A DNA stretch of 27,835 nucleotides, from the IMG/VR virus record IMGVR_UViG_3300017774_004525, positions 1 through 27,835 of that record; one strand, 5' to 3'. This document shows, in pieces, positions 18,701-27,400 of the stretch (position 1 is its first letter; every line of letters begins with the position of its first letter). The notes beneath the pieces are model-generated. The model made no database searches and was not told the origin of the DNA. It saw nothing but the letters and a program-made list of their open reading frames with translations. Origin of the DNA: a virus. Its lineage: Duplodnaviria; Caudoviricetes. The position numbers were made by a program, and so were the translations under genes.

Positions 18701-21700
18701 CTTTCCTTCTCTGGAAATCCAGCAAATGATTTGCTGCCTGGAGACATTATTGAATATGTAGACACTACTAATGTTGTACGAAGAAATTTTGTAGAGTTAG
18801 TAACATCTTCTTCTGGACTATCGAGAGGATTAATATATCTAGATACTGCGTTAAAACAAGCAGTAGCTGGATCAGTAGTTATAAGAAAGCGAGCAAAAAT
18901 TACAAATCCACCTAATTCATCATTGTTATTTCCAGTTGGATTTAAATCACCAAAAACATTAATTCAAGATAGTGACAATACTCGATTTAAATATTATGTG
19001 AGAAGAGATTTTATTACTATCTCGTCTACTTCTGGAGGAAAAATTACATTTTCTGCACAATTAAAATTTGGCACTCAACGATTTGTTGAATTTAACGAAA
19101 ATAATTTCCTATTAACAATTTTAAACAAAGGAAATTCAAACACTGGATTAGAGAATGGTGATGTGATGTATATTACTGCCGATCAAATAATTCGATTAGA
19201 TACTGGTGGAGTTGCTATTACGTTAGATAACTTAATTTTTAGATCTGATGCATCAACAGCTTCTAATGTAATTTTAAAATTATCAGCAACAATTGAAATA
19301 GATAAAGCATCCCCAAAAACAAAAAATGCTATCAGAAATAAAAGAATTGTTGTTATCTCAAGTGGTGATAAAATAATTCCGTTTAGAGGATATGATTATG
19401 ACGAGCAAACAGCAGATATAATTTCATATGCAGATGTGTTTGGTGTTTATGGTAATAACATTAAAGTTTTTGAAGGATCTCAATCTAGTCCTCCTATTTT
19501 AGATGATCAAAATAATGTGCTTGATGGTTTCGATATTACAAATAGATTTACTTTTGATGATGGACAAAGAGATACATTCTACGATGTCGCTCGATTAATA
19601 TTAAAACCTGGATATGTTGCGCCAACGGGTCAGGTAATTATTGTTTTTGATTATTTTGAGCATTCACAGGGAGATTTTTCAATTATTGATTCATATACAT
19701 TAACAGGCACTCCAATAAGTGATATTCCCGTTTTTAACTCTCCTGTTTTGGGAAAAGTTTCTTTAACAGATGTAATTGATTTCAGACCAAAAGTTGATGT
19801 TAATACAATTATATCAGGATTTCAAAACAAAACATTATTACTCTCTGGAGAATCAATTGGGTTTAATGGATCTGGTGGTATTCCATCTGCATCTTTAGCG
19901 CACGACAATGTTTTAGAATCTTCTATTATCTTTAACAGTCAACAATACTTAGACAGAATAGACGGAATTTTCTTAAACAAAAAAGGGGAATTTATTGTAA
20001 AAAAAGGAAATTCTTCATTGAATCCATCTAAACCAGAAACACCAGATGATTCAATGGCATTATATTATTTATTTTTACCTGCGTATACTAAAAACGTTGC
20101 AGATGTTAGAGTAACATCAGTTGATAACAGAAGATATACAATGCGTGATATTGGAAAATTAGAAAAACGTGTTGAAAGATTAGAATACTACACTACAATG
20201 AGTATTTTAGAGCAACAAACTTTTAACATGCAGATCAAAGATGATATTGGATTGGATAGATTTAAATCTGGTATTGTTGTAGATACTTTTGAAAATCACG
20301 CGATTGGTAATTTATCGTCTTTGGATTATAAATGCTCCATTGATACACAACAATCTATTTTAAGACCAAGATCAATAGAAGATTCTTATGCATTGGTTGA
20401 ATTAAATTCAACTAATCAAGCAAGAGCGACTGACGGTTATCAAATAACTGGTAACGTAATTACATTACCATATACATCACAATCGGTAATTCAAAATAAA
20501 TTTGCTACTAGTGGTGGAGAAATAAATCCAAATCCATTTGTAGTTGTGCAGTATGTCGGTGATTTATCTATTTCGCCAAACATAGATCATTGGTATGATA
20601 TTAAACAAACTCCATCTATTCTTAATAATGATACTAAAGTATTTTCTGTATTTTTATCCAAGTCAGATTCACGAGAAGGATATTCTAGTTTAAATAATTT
20701 TTATCTAACTAATTGGATAGGCACAAATAGAACTTTTTACAATGTTAGCTCCTTAAATGAAGTAACTTCTAACACCAACACAACAATATTGCCAGCAACA
20801 CTTTCTACGAGCTCAAATATTAGCCCACAAAATAATGAAATTGGTAAAGGAATACAAAGTGTGAATAATGGATCCAAAGTAGTTTCATCTTCAATTCAAT
20901 TATATACTAGATCTAAAGAAATTAAATTTTTAATCAGAAGATTAAAACCAAATACTCGATATTACGCATTTATAGATGGTAGAGATGTTAGTAGATGGAT
21001 TGCACAAGATACTAGATTCACTGGCATCCCAGGCAATTCAGTTGGGGTTTTTGGAGCAAATATTTCTGGCAATGCTATTTCGTCTGATGCAAATGGAGAT
21101 GCTAGTGGTATTTTAATTTTTCCTGCTGGTTATGCTCCAGTACAAAATGCATCTTGGACTGGCGATATCAATACTGTTGTGTATGATAATACAAAAGATT
21201 CTACAAAATTAAATTTTTCTACAGGAATTAAAACTATTAGATTTACTACGAGTAATGATGATAAAAACGATTCTACTGTAGATAGTTTTGCAGAATGTAA
21301 ATACTACCCAACTGGTATTTTCCCAAATCAACCTGCGTCAATTATATCTACTATCCCGTCTTATTTTAAAGCTCCAGAAGGAATTCAATTTATTGATAAT
21401 GCATCAACACAATCAAAACCAAGCCCATTATCACAAACGTTTAAAGTAGAAAATTACCAGGGTGGAATTTTTGTTACTGGTGTTGATTTATTTGTTTCTA
21501 AAAAAAGCGACACCTTACCAATTAGAATTTATTTAACAGACACAAATAGTGGCAAACCTGGAAACTATATCATACCAGGTACAGAAGTGGTTAAACTTCC
21601 AGACACTTATTTGAAAATTACAGTTAGCGCAACTTTAAATCTTACCATAGGAGAAACAATTTCAGGAGGAATATCGGGAGTTAAAGGAATTATAAAAGAA

Positions 21701-24241
21701 GTTGTAGATAAAAATGGTATAAAATTATCGCCAACTTTGCAAAAAACAGTTGTTTTAACTAATGACCAGGTATATACTTTAGTATTATCTAATTACATAA
21801 GTCCTTCTGGTAATCCATTTAAAGCAGGCGAAAATCTAGTCATACAAACGTTAATTGATTTTAATAATAAAAACAATGCCACATTAAGCGTATCAATTTG
21901 TAAAGATTCTGGAAGAATTTCTAAACTGCTTGTTACTGATTACGGAGAAGGATATAATTCTGCTACTTTGATTATCCAAAGTCCACAATTACCAGGAGGA
22001 AGTAGCGCATTAGGAAATGTTTCTATTTCTAAAGGAGAAGTTTTCGAATCAAATATTATTCTTACTGGATCTGGATATACCGATACTCCCGCTATTATTT
22101 TACGACCAAATGGATCAATAAGTAGAGAAGCGGTAATCATACCAGTATTAGAAATCGATACTCCATCTGTAAGAATGGGCGTTTCTGTAGATCCTAACGA
22201 TGGAATTACTTCACCTTCTATATCACCAACTAGATTTATTTTTGAAAATCCAATTTATCTCCAAAACAATACCGATTATTCCTTATCAATCGAAACTGAT
22301 TCAACTAACTATAAAATTTGGGCATCAAAACTTGGTGAAAAAGATGTATCAACCTCTCAGGTCATTACTCAACAACCAGCATTAGGATCTGTATTTAAAT
22401 CACAGAATGTTGATACGTGGACAGAAGATTTAAGTCAAGATATTAAATTTACATTATACCGAGCTGTATTTACTAAAGATACTCCAGCAACTGTAAAGTT
22501 GACAAATGAAAGTTTAGGATATGAAATTATAGAAACAAATTCTATAGAAACTGATGCATCATCAAATGATTCTGCAGATTCTTTATTGTTTAAAAATAAC
22601 AACCGCGTGATTAGAGTTTTACATCAAAAAAATGGATTTGAAGATTCTGGAAAATCATATGTTTCGTTTAAGCAAGTAAATACCGTAGGCGGAATTGAGG
22701 GAGAAGAATTTAATACTAATTTATTTGAAGTATCAAATAGTGGACTTGAATATTATAATATTCTATCTGATCTAGGTGCTGGGTCTTCTACTTCTGGAGG
22801 TGGCACAAATATTCTAGCATCATATAATAGAAAATATGAAAAATTATATCCCCAAGTTGGATATTTATCGTTTACAAATACACCGTTTAATACTGAAGTA
22901 AAAACTACAAATATTATTCCAATTGATAGTATAAACGAAAACTATAATTCTTATTCACAATCTCCATACGAAAAAACATTTTTGAATGAAGATCATTATT
23001 TCACAAACCAAAAAGTTATTGCTTCTTCCTTTAACGAAATTAAAAATAGTACATCGATATTAGGAGAAAAAAAATCGTTAGTTTATAAATTTACATTTAA
23101 TACCACCGTCGATAATTTATCTCCAGCTATTGATTTAAGATCTTCTTCTGTGAAATTAATTTCTTCAGTTGTTGATAGAGGAGACGGTAAACAAACAAGA
23201 TACGGGAGAAGAAATAAAATATTAAAATTTTATCCTGTTTATAAATTTGCAGTTTCAAATTTACCAGTAAATACTAATAATCAGGCAATATTACCAACAA
23301 CAGGACAAAGCGTAATCGGTAATACTAGTAAAACTAGAGGTGAAGTGATTAAAGTTTCTAGTAGCACAATCTATGTAAAAATTAAAAATAATGGAGTATA
23401 TGTAGCAGGAGAAGGATTAACTTTTGGTATTCAAAATCTTGGTAGTGCATCAGTATCTCCAAATGGATTAACTGAAGTACTATCTAATTTCACAGTTGGT
23501 ACTAGTGTTGCTGTATACAGAGAAGATTTGATTAATAAATTTACCACAAAAATTTATGCAAAAATTATTTCCTGGGACGTAACCAAAAAAGAATTAACTG
23601 TATTGGAAGAAAAAGCACCAATTAATAATGACTACACCTCATATGCAGAAGGAACTACTTTTGGAAGATCTTCTGTAAATAACGGAGCAAATCAATTACC
23701 TGATATCATTCGTGTTTTTGATAAATTATGGCATCAAAACATTTCTCCACAAAGCTTAATAGACACTAATGAATCTGTGCCTGGTTTTGTAGAAGTTTCT
23801 TCTATATCATATTCCACTGGAATTTTATATGTCTCTGATATTAATTCAAAGAATAGTTCTGCTTTATCTAAATATGTAACTAAAGAAATTACTTTAGAAA
23901 ATCCAGCAACAAGTATTGATGTTAGGTTAACTGCTAATCTTGCACGACAAGATGATGTTGAAGTTTATTTTAAAACCAAGTCAGTAAATTCCCAAAATAT
24001 TTTTGACGATACTGAATGGATTGCTTTTAATGGTAATGGATATCCCGACATTGATGTAGCTCCATCCAACGAAGTTGCTATTGCTGGATTGTTTGAAAGT
24101 CAATCCTCATATAAAGAGCATAAGTATAGTGTGTCGAATGTTAATGAATTTTCATCTTTTGCTATTAAAATTGTATTGAAAGCATCTAATCCATGCTATA
24201 TACCAAAAATACAAGATGCAAGAGTGGTAGCAGCATTCTGA
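15716..24241 (+). CDS. DUF4815 / VrlC-like large virion structural protein (2841 aa)
   Basis: N-terminal Y.DDF...KNFYK..FRPG.S.Q.RELT.LQSILQNQIE.FG; APGAHRLKI; LARRTYDESGDY.V; RRYTMRDIG.LE.R..RLEYYT; PLSQTF.V; usual position after gp8 in T4-like cyanophages. Confidence 0.88.
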   Translation: MPQKINLNTKEYNDDFESSKNFYKVIFRPGYSIQTRELTTLQSILQNQIEQFGKYQFKQGQQIIPGEISFNNKLPYVKLSSVSEVAENVGGEIKFNKYDIKNLIGLTLTGLNSNVQAIVVETNYASETESDTIYVNYISSGDSSEKTFRQGEELEVNIANSPRLVVGTDSSSLPSKIITINPDTLAATEIASPAMGFASAVQVVTGIYFVNGFFVQNEESLLIVDKYNTQPSKKIGFVILEEIVTPEKDTTLYDNARGFSNFTAPGAHRLKIDLKLQAYDLDQLTDDNFIELLTLRLGVKQNKVTNKSYNEVEETLARRTYDESGDYVVDNFPVEIREYLQKNENQGIYPLRVDGKVGPDEFTELEAETKILAGLGSGKSYVRGYEIANKETKFIKVDKARDSLVKENNRIKTYGLPSFNITNVYGTIPLNNEGEQLTAYPTVYFSSVFNDGYLGYNGDYVTRKTLSRRSQTLKSLAKTNLFHDYAIKTIYIKAKSPSADFSFILGQKLYYVSNLGQNLALTAVNYVEVIAYSIVERLTDLGGGDLYLELTVLGNKRDLHDKFLEYDNADFTPAALGSSSSTVDTKRKQLFYKTLTSTTDNGGFNAQNYYWQSTGAQIAVDKIEYELRVVGTTNTYVGKVTTLTAHGLSAGSAATISNALPGVYNVSGAIVSNVTSNYFEYQLSGNPNSIASGTIVLTVPLSSVNAILPFGEIVDYSDTIIPLIGFAKPKNISLVERGSGFNQQTDRVISKGRDSLGNVKYNSIFNLEYFNPIFFTKIITETKINIGFSAGQYIVGSSSGAYAVIEGTGDSTYSASNIIFVKMLSGNFISGETISDESGNSIEIAKENTLSHFIVTKRGSGYSQANASISTKPISINGKAIDVSAIKPQLVGGKVINISIIDKKLLSEEFVSPPSVIVNSDSTPTQAAVIKSVLFKNVITTYTNENVKSLYSEFGNGAVNKFTADVETFAEKFSTSKNVTNLTFSGGKGEKVLFCLSFSGNPANDLLPGDIIEYVDTTNVVRRNFVELVTSSSGLSRGLIYLDTALKQAVAGSVVIRKRAKITNPPNSSLLFPVGFKSPKTLIQDSDNTRFKYYVRRDFITISSTSGGKITFSAQLKFGTQRFVEFNENNFLLTILNKGNSNTGLENGDVMYITADQIIRLDTGGVAITLDNLIFRSDASTASNVILKLSATIEIDKASPKTKNAIRNKRIVVISSGDKIIPFRGYDYDEQTADIISYADVFGVYGNNIKVFEGSQSSPPILDDQNNVLDGFDITNRFTFDDGQRDTFYDVARLILKPGYVAPTGQVIIVFDYFEHSQGDFSIIDSYTLTGTPISDIPVFNSPVLGKVSLTDVIDFRPKVDVNTIISGFQNKTLLLSGESIGFNGSGGIPSASLAHDNVLESSIIFNSQQYLDRIDGIFLNKKGEFIVKKGNSSLNPSKPETPDDSMALYYLFLPAYTKNVADVRVTSVDNRRYTMRDIGKLEKRVERLEYYTTMSILEQQTFNMQIKDDIGLDRFKSGIVVDTFENHAIGNLSSLDYKCSIDTQQSILRPRSIEDSYALVELNSTNQARATDGYQITGNVITLPYTSQSVIQNKFATSGGEINPNPFVVVQYVGDLSISPNIDHWYDIKQTPSILNNDTKVFSVFLSKSDSREGYSSLNNFYLTNWIGTNRTFYNVSSLNEVTSNTNTTILPATLSTSSNISPQNNEIGKGIQSVNNGSKVVSSSIQLYTRSKEIKFLIRRLKPNTRYYAFIDGRDVSRWIAQDTRFTGIPGNSVGVFGANISGNAISSDANGDASGILIFPAGYAPVQNASWTGDINTVVYDNTKDSTKLNFSTGIKTIRFTTSNDDKNDSTVDSFAECKYYPTGIFPNQPASIISTIPSYFKAPEGIQFIDNASTQSKPSPLSQTFKVENYQGGIFVTGVDLFVSKKSDTLPIRIYLTDTNSGKPGNYIIPGTEVVKLPDTYLKITVSATLNLTIGETISGGISGVKGIIKEVVDKNGIKLSPTLQKTVVLTNDQVYTLVLSNYISPSGNPFKAGENLVIQTLIDFNNKNNATLSVSICKDSGRISKLLVTDYGEGYNSATLIIQSPQLPGGSSALGNVSISKGEVFESNIILTGSGYTDTPAIILRPNGSISREAVIIPVLEIDTPSVRMGVSVDPNDGITSPSISPTRFIFENPIYLQNNTDYSLSIETDSTNYKIWASKLGEKDVSTSQVITQQPALGSVFKSQNVDTWTEDLSQDIKFTLYRAVFTKDTPATVKLTNESLGYEIIETNSIETDASSNDSADSLLFKNNNRVIRVLHQKNGFEDSGKSYVSFKQVNTVGGIEGEEFNTNLFEVSNSGLEYYNILSDLGAGSSTSGGGTNILASYNRKYEKLYPQVGYLSFTNTPFNTEVKTTNIIPIDSINENYNSYSQSPYEKTFLNEDHYFTNQKVIASSFNEIKNSTSILGEKKSLVYKFTFNTTVDNLSPAIDLRSSSVKLISSVVDRGDGKQTRYGRRNKILKFYPVYKFAVSNLPVNTNNQAILPTTGQSVIGNTSKTRGEVIKVSSSTIYVKIKNNGVYVAGEGLTFGIQNLGSASVSPNGLTEVLSNFTVGTSVAVYREDLINKFTTKIYAKIISWDVTKKELTVLEEKAPINNDYTSYAEGTTFGRSSVNNGANQLPDIIRVFDKLWHQNISPQSLIDTNESVPGFVEVSSISYSTGILYVSDINSKNSSALSKYVTKEITLENPATSIDVRLTANLARQDDVEVYFKTKSVNSQNIFDDTEWIAFNGNGYPDIDVAPSNEVAIAGLFESQSSYKEHKYSVSNVNEFSSFAIKIVLKASNPCYIPKIQDARVVAAF

Positions 24242-24453
24242 TGAATAACTATTCTAAAGTATATGGTCACGAAGATTTATATCGTGATAATTTGACTGGT
24301 GCTATCATAAATACAGATAAAAGTTTATTACATAAAACAAAAAAATCTAAATCTGCTAGTGAAATTATTAAAACATTAAGAGACGATGTAGATAATTTGC
24401 AAAATGATATTTCAGAAATAAAAAATCTTCTACGAGAAATAGCTGGTAAGTAA
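24241..24453 (+). CDS. Small coiled-coil hypothetical protein (70 aa; start revised from 24193 to 24241)
   Basis: ATG at 24241 overlaps the upstream stop (TGATG). KV.GH..L.RD..TGAIINTD followed by the heptad LRDDVDNLQNDISEIKNLLREI is a pattern typical of the small gene after VrlC. Confidence 0.85.
   Translation: MNNYSKVYGHEDLYRDNLTGAIINTDKSLLHKTKKSKSASEIIKTLRDDVDNLQNDISEIKNLLREIAGK
24306..24313 (+). promoter_or_regulatory. Possible late promoter (CATAAATA) inside the small ORF, serving the fiber gene
   Basis: NATAAATA ~140 nt upstream of ATG 24453. It also encodes part of IINT, so it may be incidental. Confidence 0.35.
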
Positions 24454-27400
24454 TGGCACTAAGAAACGTTTCGAAAAGTTATACATTTGAGCAGCAAAGA
24501 CAAGAGATAAATTCTCTTGCTTTAGATGTTGGAGATACAAATGCACTTACTACAAATTCAAAAATAGTCACTGTTGCAATAAATGAGATAGTTTCTGGCA
24601 ATCAGGAATTAGTTAATGGAAATTTTTCAGGAGACTTAACTATAAAAGGAGGTGATATCTATTTACAAGATACCGCTACCGATATTTTTATAAAAGATAA
24701 TGTATTAAATTCTCTTCTTATATTAGAAGGATCAAATCCATATTTGAGTATTGATACATTAAATGGATCCGAAAAAATAATTCTTCATAAAAATACAGAT
24801 ATTAATGGTGATTTAATTGTAGATGGCAATATTACATTTAGAGCTGGAAACGGTACTGGTGGATCCATAACTTTAGGTGATGGCAATACTGATAATGTAA
24901 GTTTTGGTGCTGATATTAATTCAGATATCATACCAAATTCAAATACTTTAAATTTAGGATCATCTACTAAATATTGGTCTTCAATATTTACTCCTACTAT
25001 CAGCGGAGCGGTAAATGGTGATGTAACTATTGATCCTAACGGCACAGGAGATTTTGTATTTCGTGGTGGCACATCTCAAGACTTTATTATAAATGATGGC
25101 GCAACAGAAAAATTTAAAGTAAGTAGTGTAACAGGCGATACTACTATATCAGGTAATTTATTATTAACGGATGGAATAAAATTAGTAGATAATAATTCAC
25201 AATCTTTAGTAGTAAAAGAAGGAACAAATTTGTATATGTCTTTCGACACCAGTGATGGTGCCGAAAAAATTATTATTCATAAAGATTTACAAATTGATGG
25301 CACAGTAACTACTGTAAATTCAACCACTTTAACGGTTGATGATAAAAATATTGAATTAGGGTCCGTAGCTACACCATCAGATACCACAGCTAATGAAGGT
25401 GGTATAACTCTTCGTGGTGCAACTGATAAAACTATAAAGTGGTTGCAATCATCTGGATCATGGGAATTTAACAATCCAGTAAAAATTCAAAATGCTTTAA
25501 AGATTTCAGCAAATAGTATTGTTAATGAAAATACAACTGCATCAGATATCACAATTACTCCAGGATTGGATAGAGTAGTAATTTTAGATACTCGTGGTGG
25601 GTTAGTTATTCCCAAGGGCACGGTTGCAGAAAGACCAACTACTCCAATAGCTACAAGTGGATTAGTCAGATTTAACACAACTACTAATGAAATTGAAAGT
25701 TTTATTGATAATGAATATGTTTCTCTTACCGATCAATTTAGGTATGGCATCACTGCACCAGCAAATAGTTTAGGAAACAACGGAGATTTTTATTTTGATA
25801 AAGTCAAACAAAATTTCTATGGTCCAAAACAAGGCGGATCATGGCCAGCAGAAATTTGTATAAAAGAAGATAAAACAGAGAATGTTATTTACGTTTCAAA
25901 AAATGGCAGCGACACTGCATATGATGGATCTACTCCAGCTAAAGCATTTAACACTATTAAAAAAGCTGCAGAGGCAGCAAGAGCAACTACAGGAAATACT
26001 ACAATTAAAGTTAGCTCTGGAAATTATTTTGAAGACAATCCAATTTATTTACCAAAAGGAACGTCCTTATTAGGTGATAACTTAAGAGAAACTATTCTAA
26101 GACCTATAAATGAAAATGTCGATATGTTTTGGGTGACTAGCGGATGCTATATCGCTCAACTTGTAATGAGAGATAACTATGGGGATACTAGTAATTCCGC
26201 AGATTCTTTACGCGGATTAGGTACATTAAATGCTGGTGTTACTCCAACTATAAGTGCTTCTACAACTACGATTAACGTATTTCCTGGGCATAATTTAAAA
26301 AATATTCCAGATGTTTTTGGAGATGGTGCTAATATTTTACAATATAAGCGTACTGATTTGATAAACTATGCGTATAGTCAATTAGTCTCTGGATATCCAA
26401 CCTTAGTAATACCACCAACTAACTTTACTGCTGCATTAACTAGTGGAAATCCAGTAGTAACTGGTGTTAGTAGTATTCAAGGATTAGAAGTTGGAGACGT
26501 TGTGACTGGAACTAATATTACTCCAGGAACAACTATTTTAACTATTGATGGACCAACACAATTTACTCTTTCTGCTCCAGCATTAGCAACACAATCTCCT
26601 GCAGCACTAAGTGTTCCTGGTGATGGAAAATGCAAGAGAGATTTGGGTTTACTTTTAGACGCAGTTATTCACGATTTAAAAGTTGGTGGTAATATTAAAT
26701 CTATTTTATCGGGTGAATCATATAGAGATGCTAATGGCAATTTACAACACATCACTACAGAATTTGTACAAACCAAATATGCTATAGACAAATTAAGATT
26801 AAAAGCAAGAGATTATGTTGTAGATCAAACTATTATTGCCGAATCTGGATTTTTGTCACAATTTCCTGCAGTAACTATCGGTGATTGTACCAATGTGCAA
26901 ACAAATATTGATACTCTTTTTGGTATTGTAGTTTCAATTTTAGACGGTGCTGATAGTCCCAAATATAATCCTGGTCCTGGATACATCGTAATAGACCAGG
27001 AATGGATACGAGTAGATGGTATTATAGGAAATACCATTACGGTCACATCAGGCGGTAGAGGGGCACCTAACCCTGTTACAGGGGTCTCTACGATAGCATC
27101 TCAACATCCCAATGGTGCTGTCATTACTCAAGGTGGTAGAATTTTTAGATATGCTGTTTCATATCCAGATCAGGAAGGAATTAAAGGTTCTGGGAGAATC
27201 AGTTTAAATTCATCAACATCAGTTGTAATCGGTGTCAATACAAAATTTCTTTCGCAAACTTTTGTGGGTGGATCAATTAAAGTAGGTAATACTCCATATG
27301 TTATTTTATCTATTCAATCAGATATTCAATTAACATTAGCAACTGTACCTGCATCTTCGTTGTCAGCAACAATTTACAAATTTATACCACCCAAAGAAAG

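Noticed and set aside
24193-24240. Longer N-terminus for the small ORF, as given in the ORF track
   Set aside because: It overlaps the conserved VrlC-like C-terminus; ATG 24241 gives TGATG coupling and starts at the recognisable motif.
4843-24241. Inteins, introns, homing endonucleases or a diversity-generating retroelement in the giant genes
   Set aside because: No C/S...HN-C/S/T splice junctions, LAGLIDADG/HNH motifs, frame interruptions, reverse transcriptase or TR/VR-type adenine-variant repeat pair were seen by eye.
6906-27046. Short minus-strand and alternative-frame ORFs inside gp7, gp8, the VrlC-like gene and the fiber gene (e.g. 6906-7118, 14892-15095, 17941-18765, 21940-22385, 24785-25678, 25882-26073, 26825-27046)
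   Set aside because: All are nested in long structural CDSs and expected from codon bias; none shows independent motifs or expression signals.
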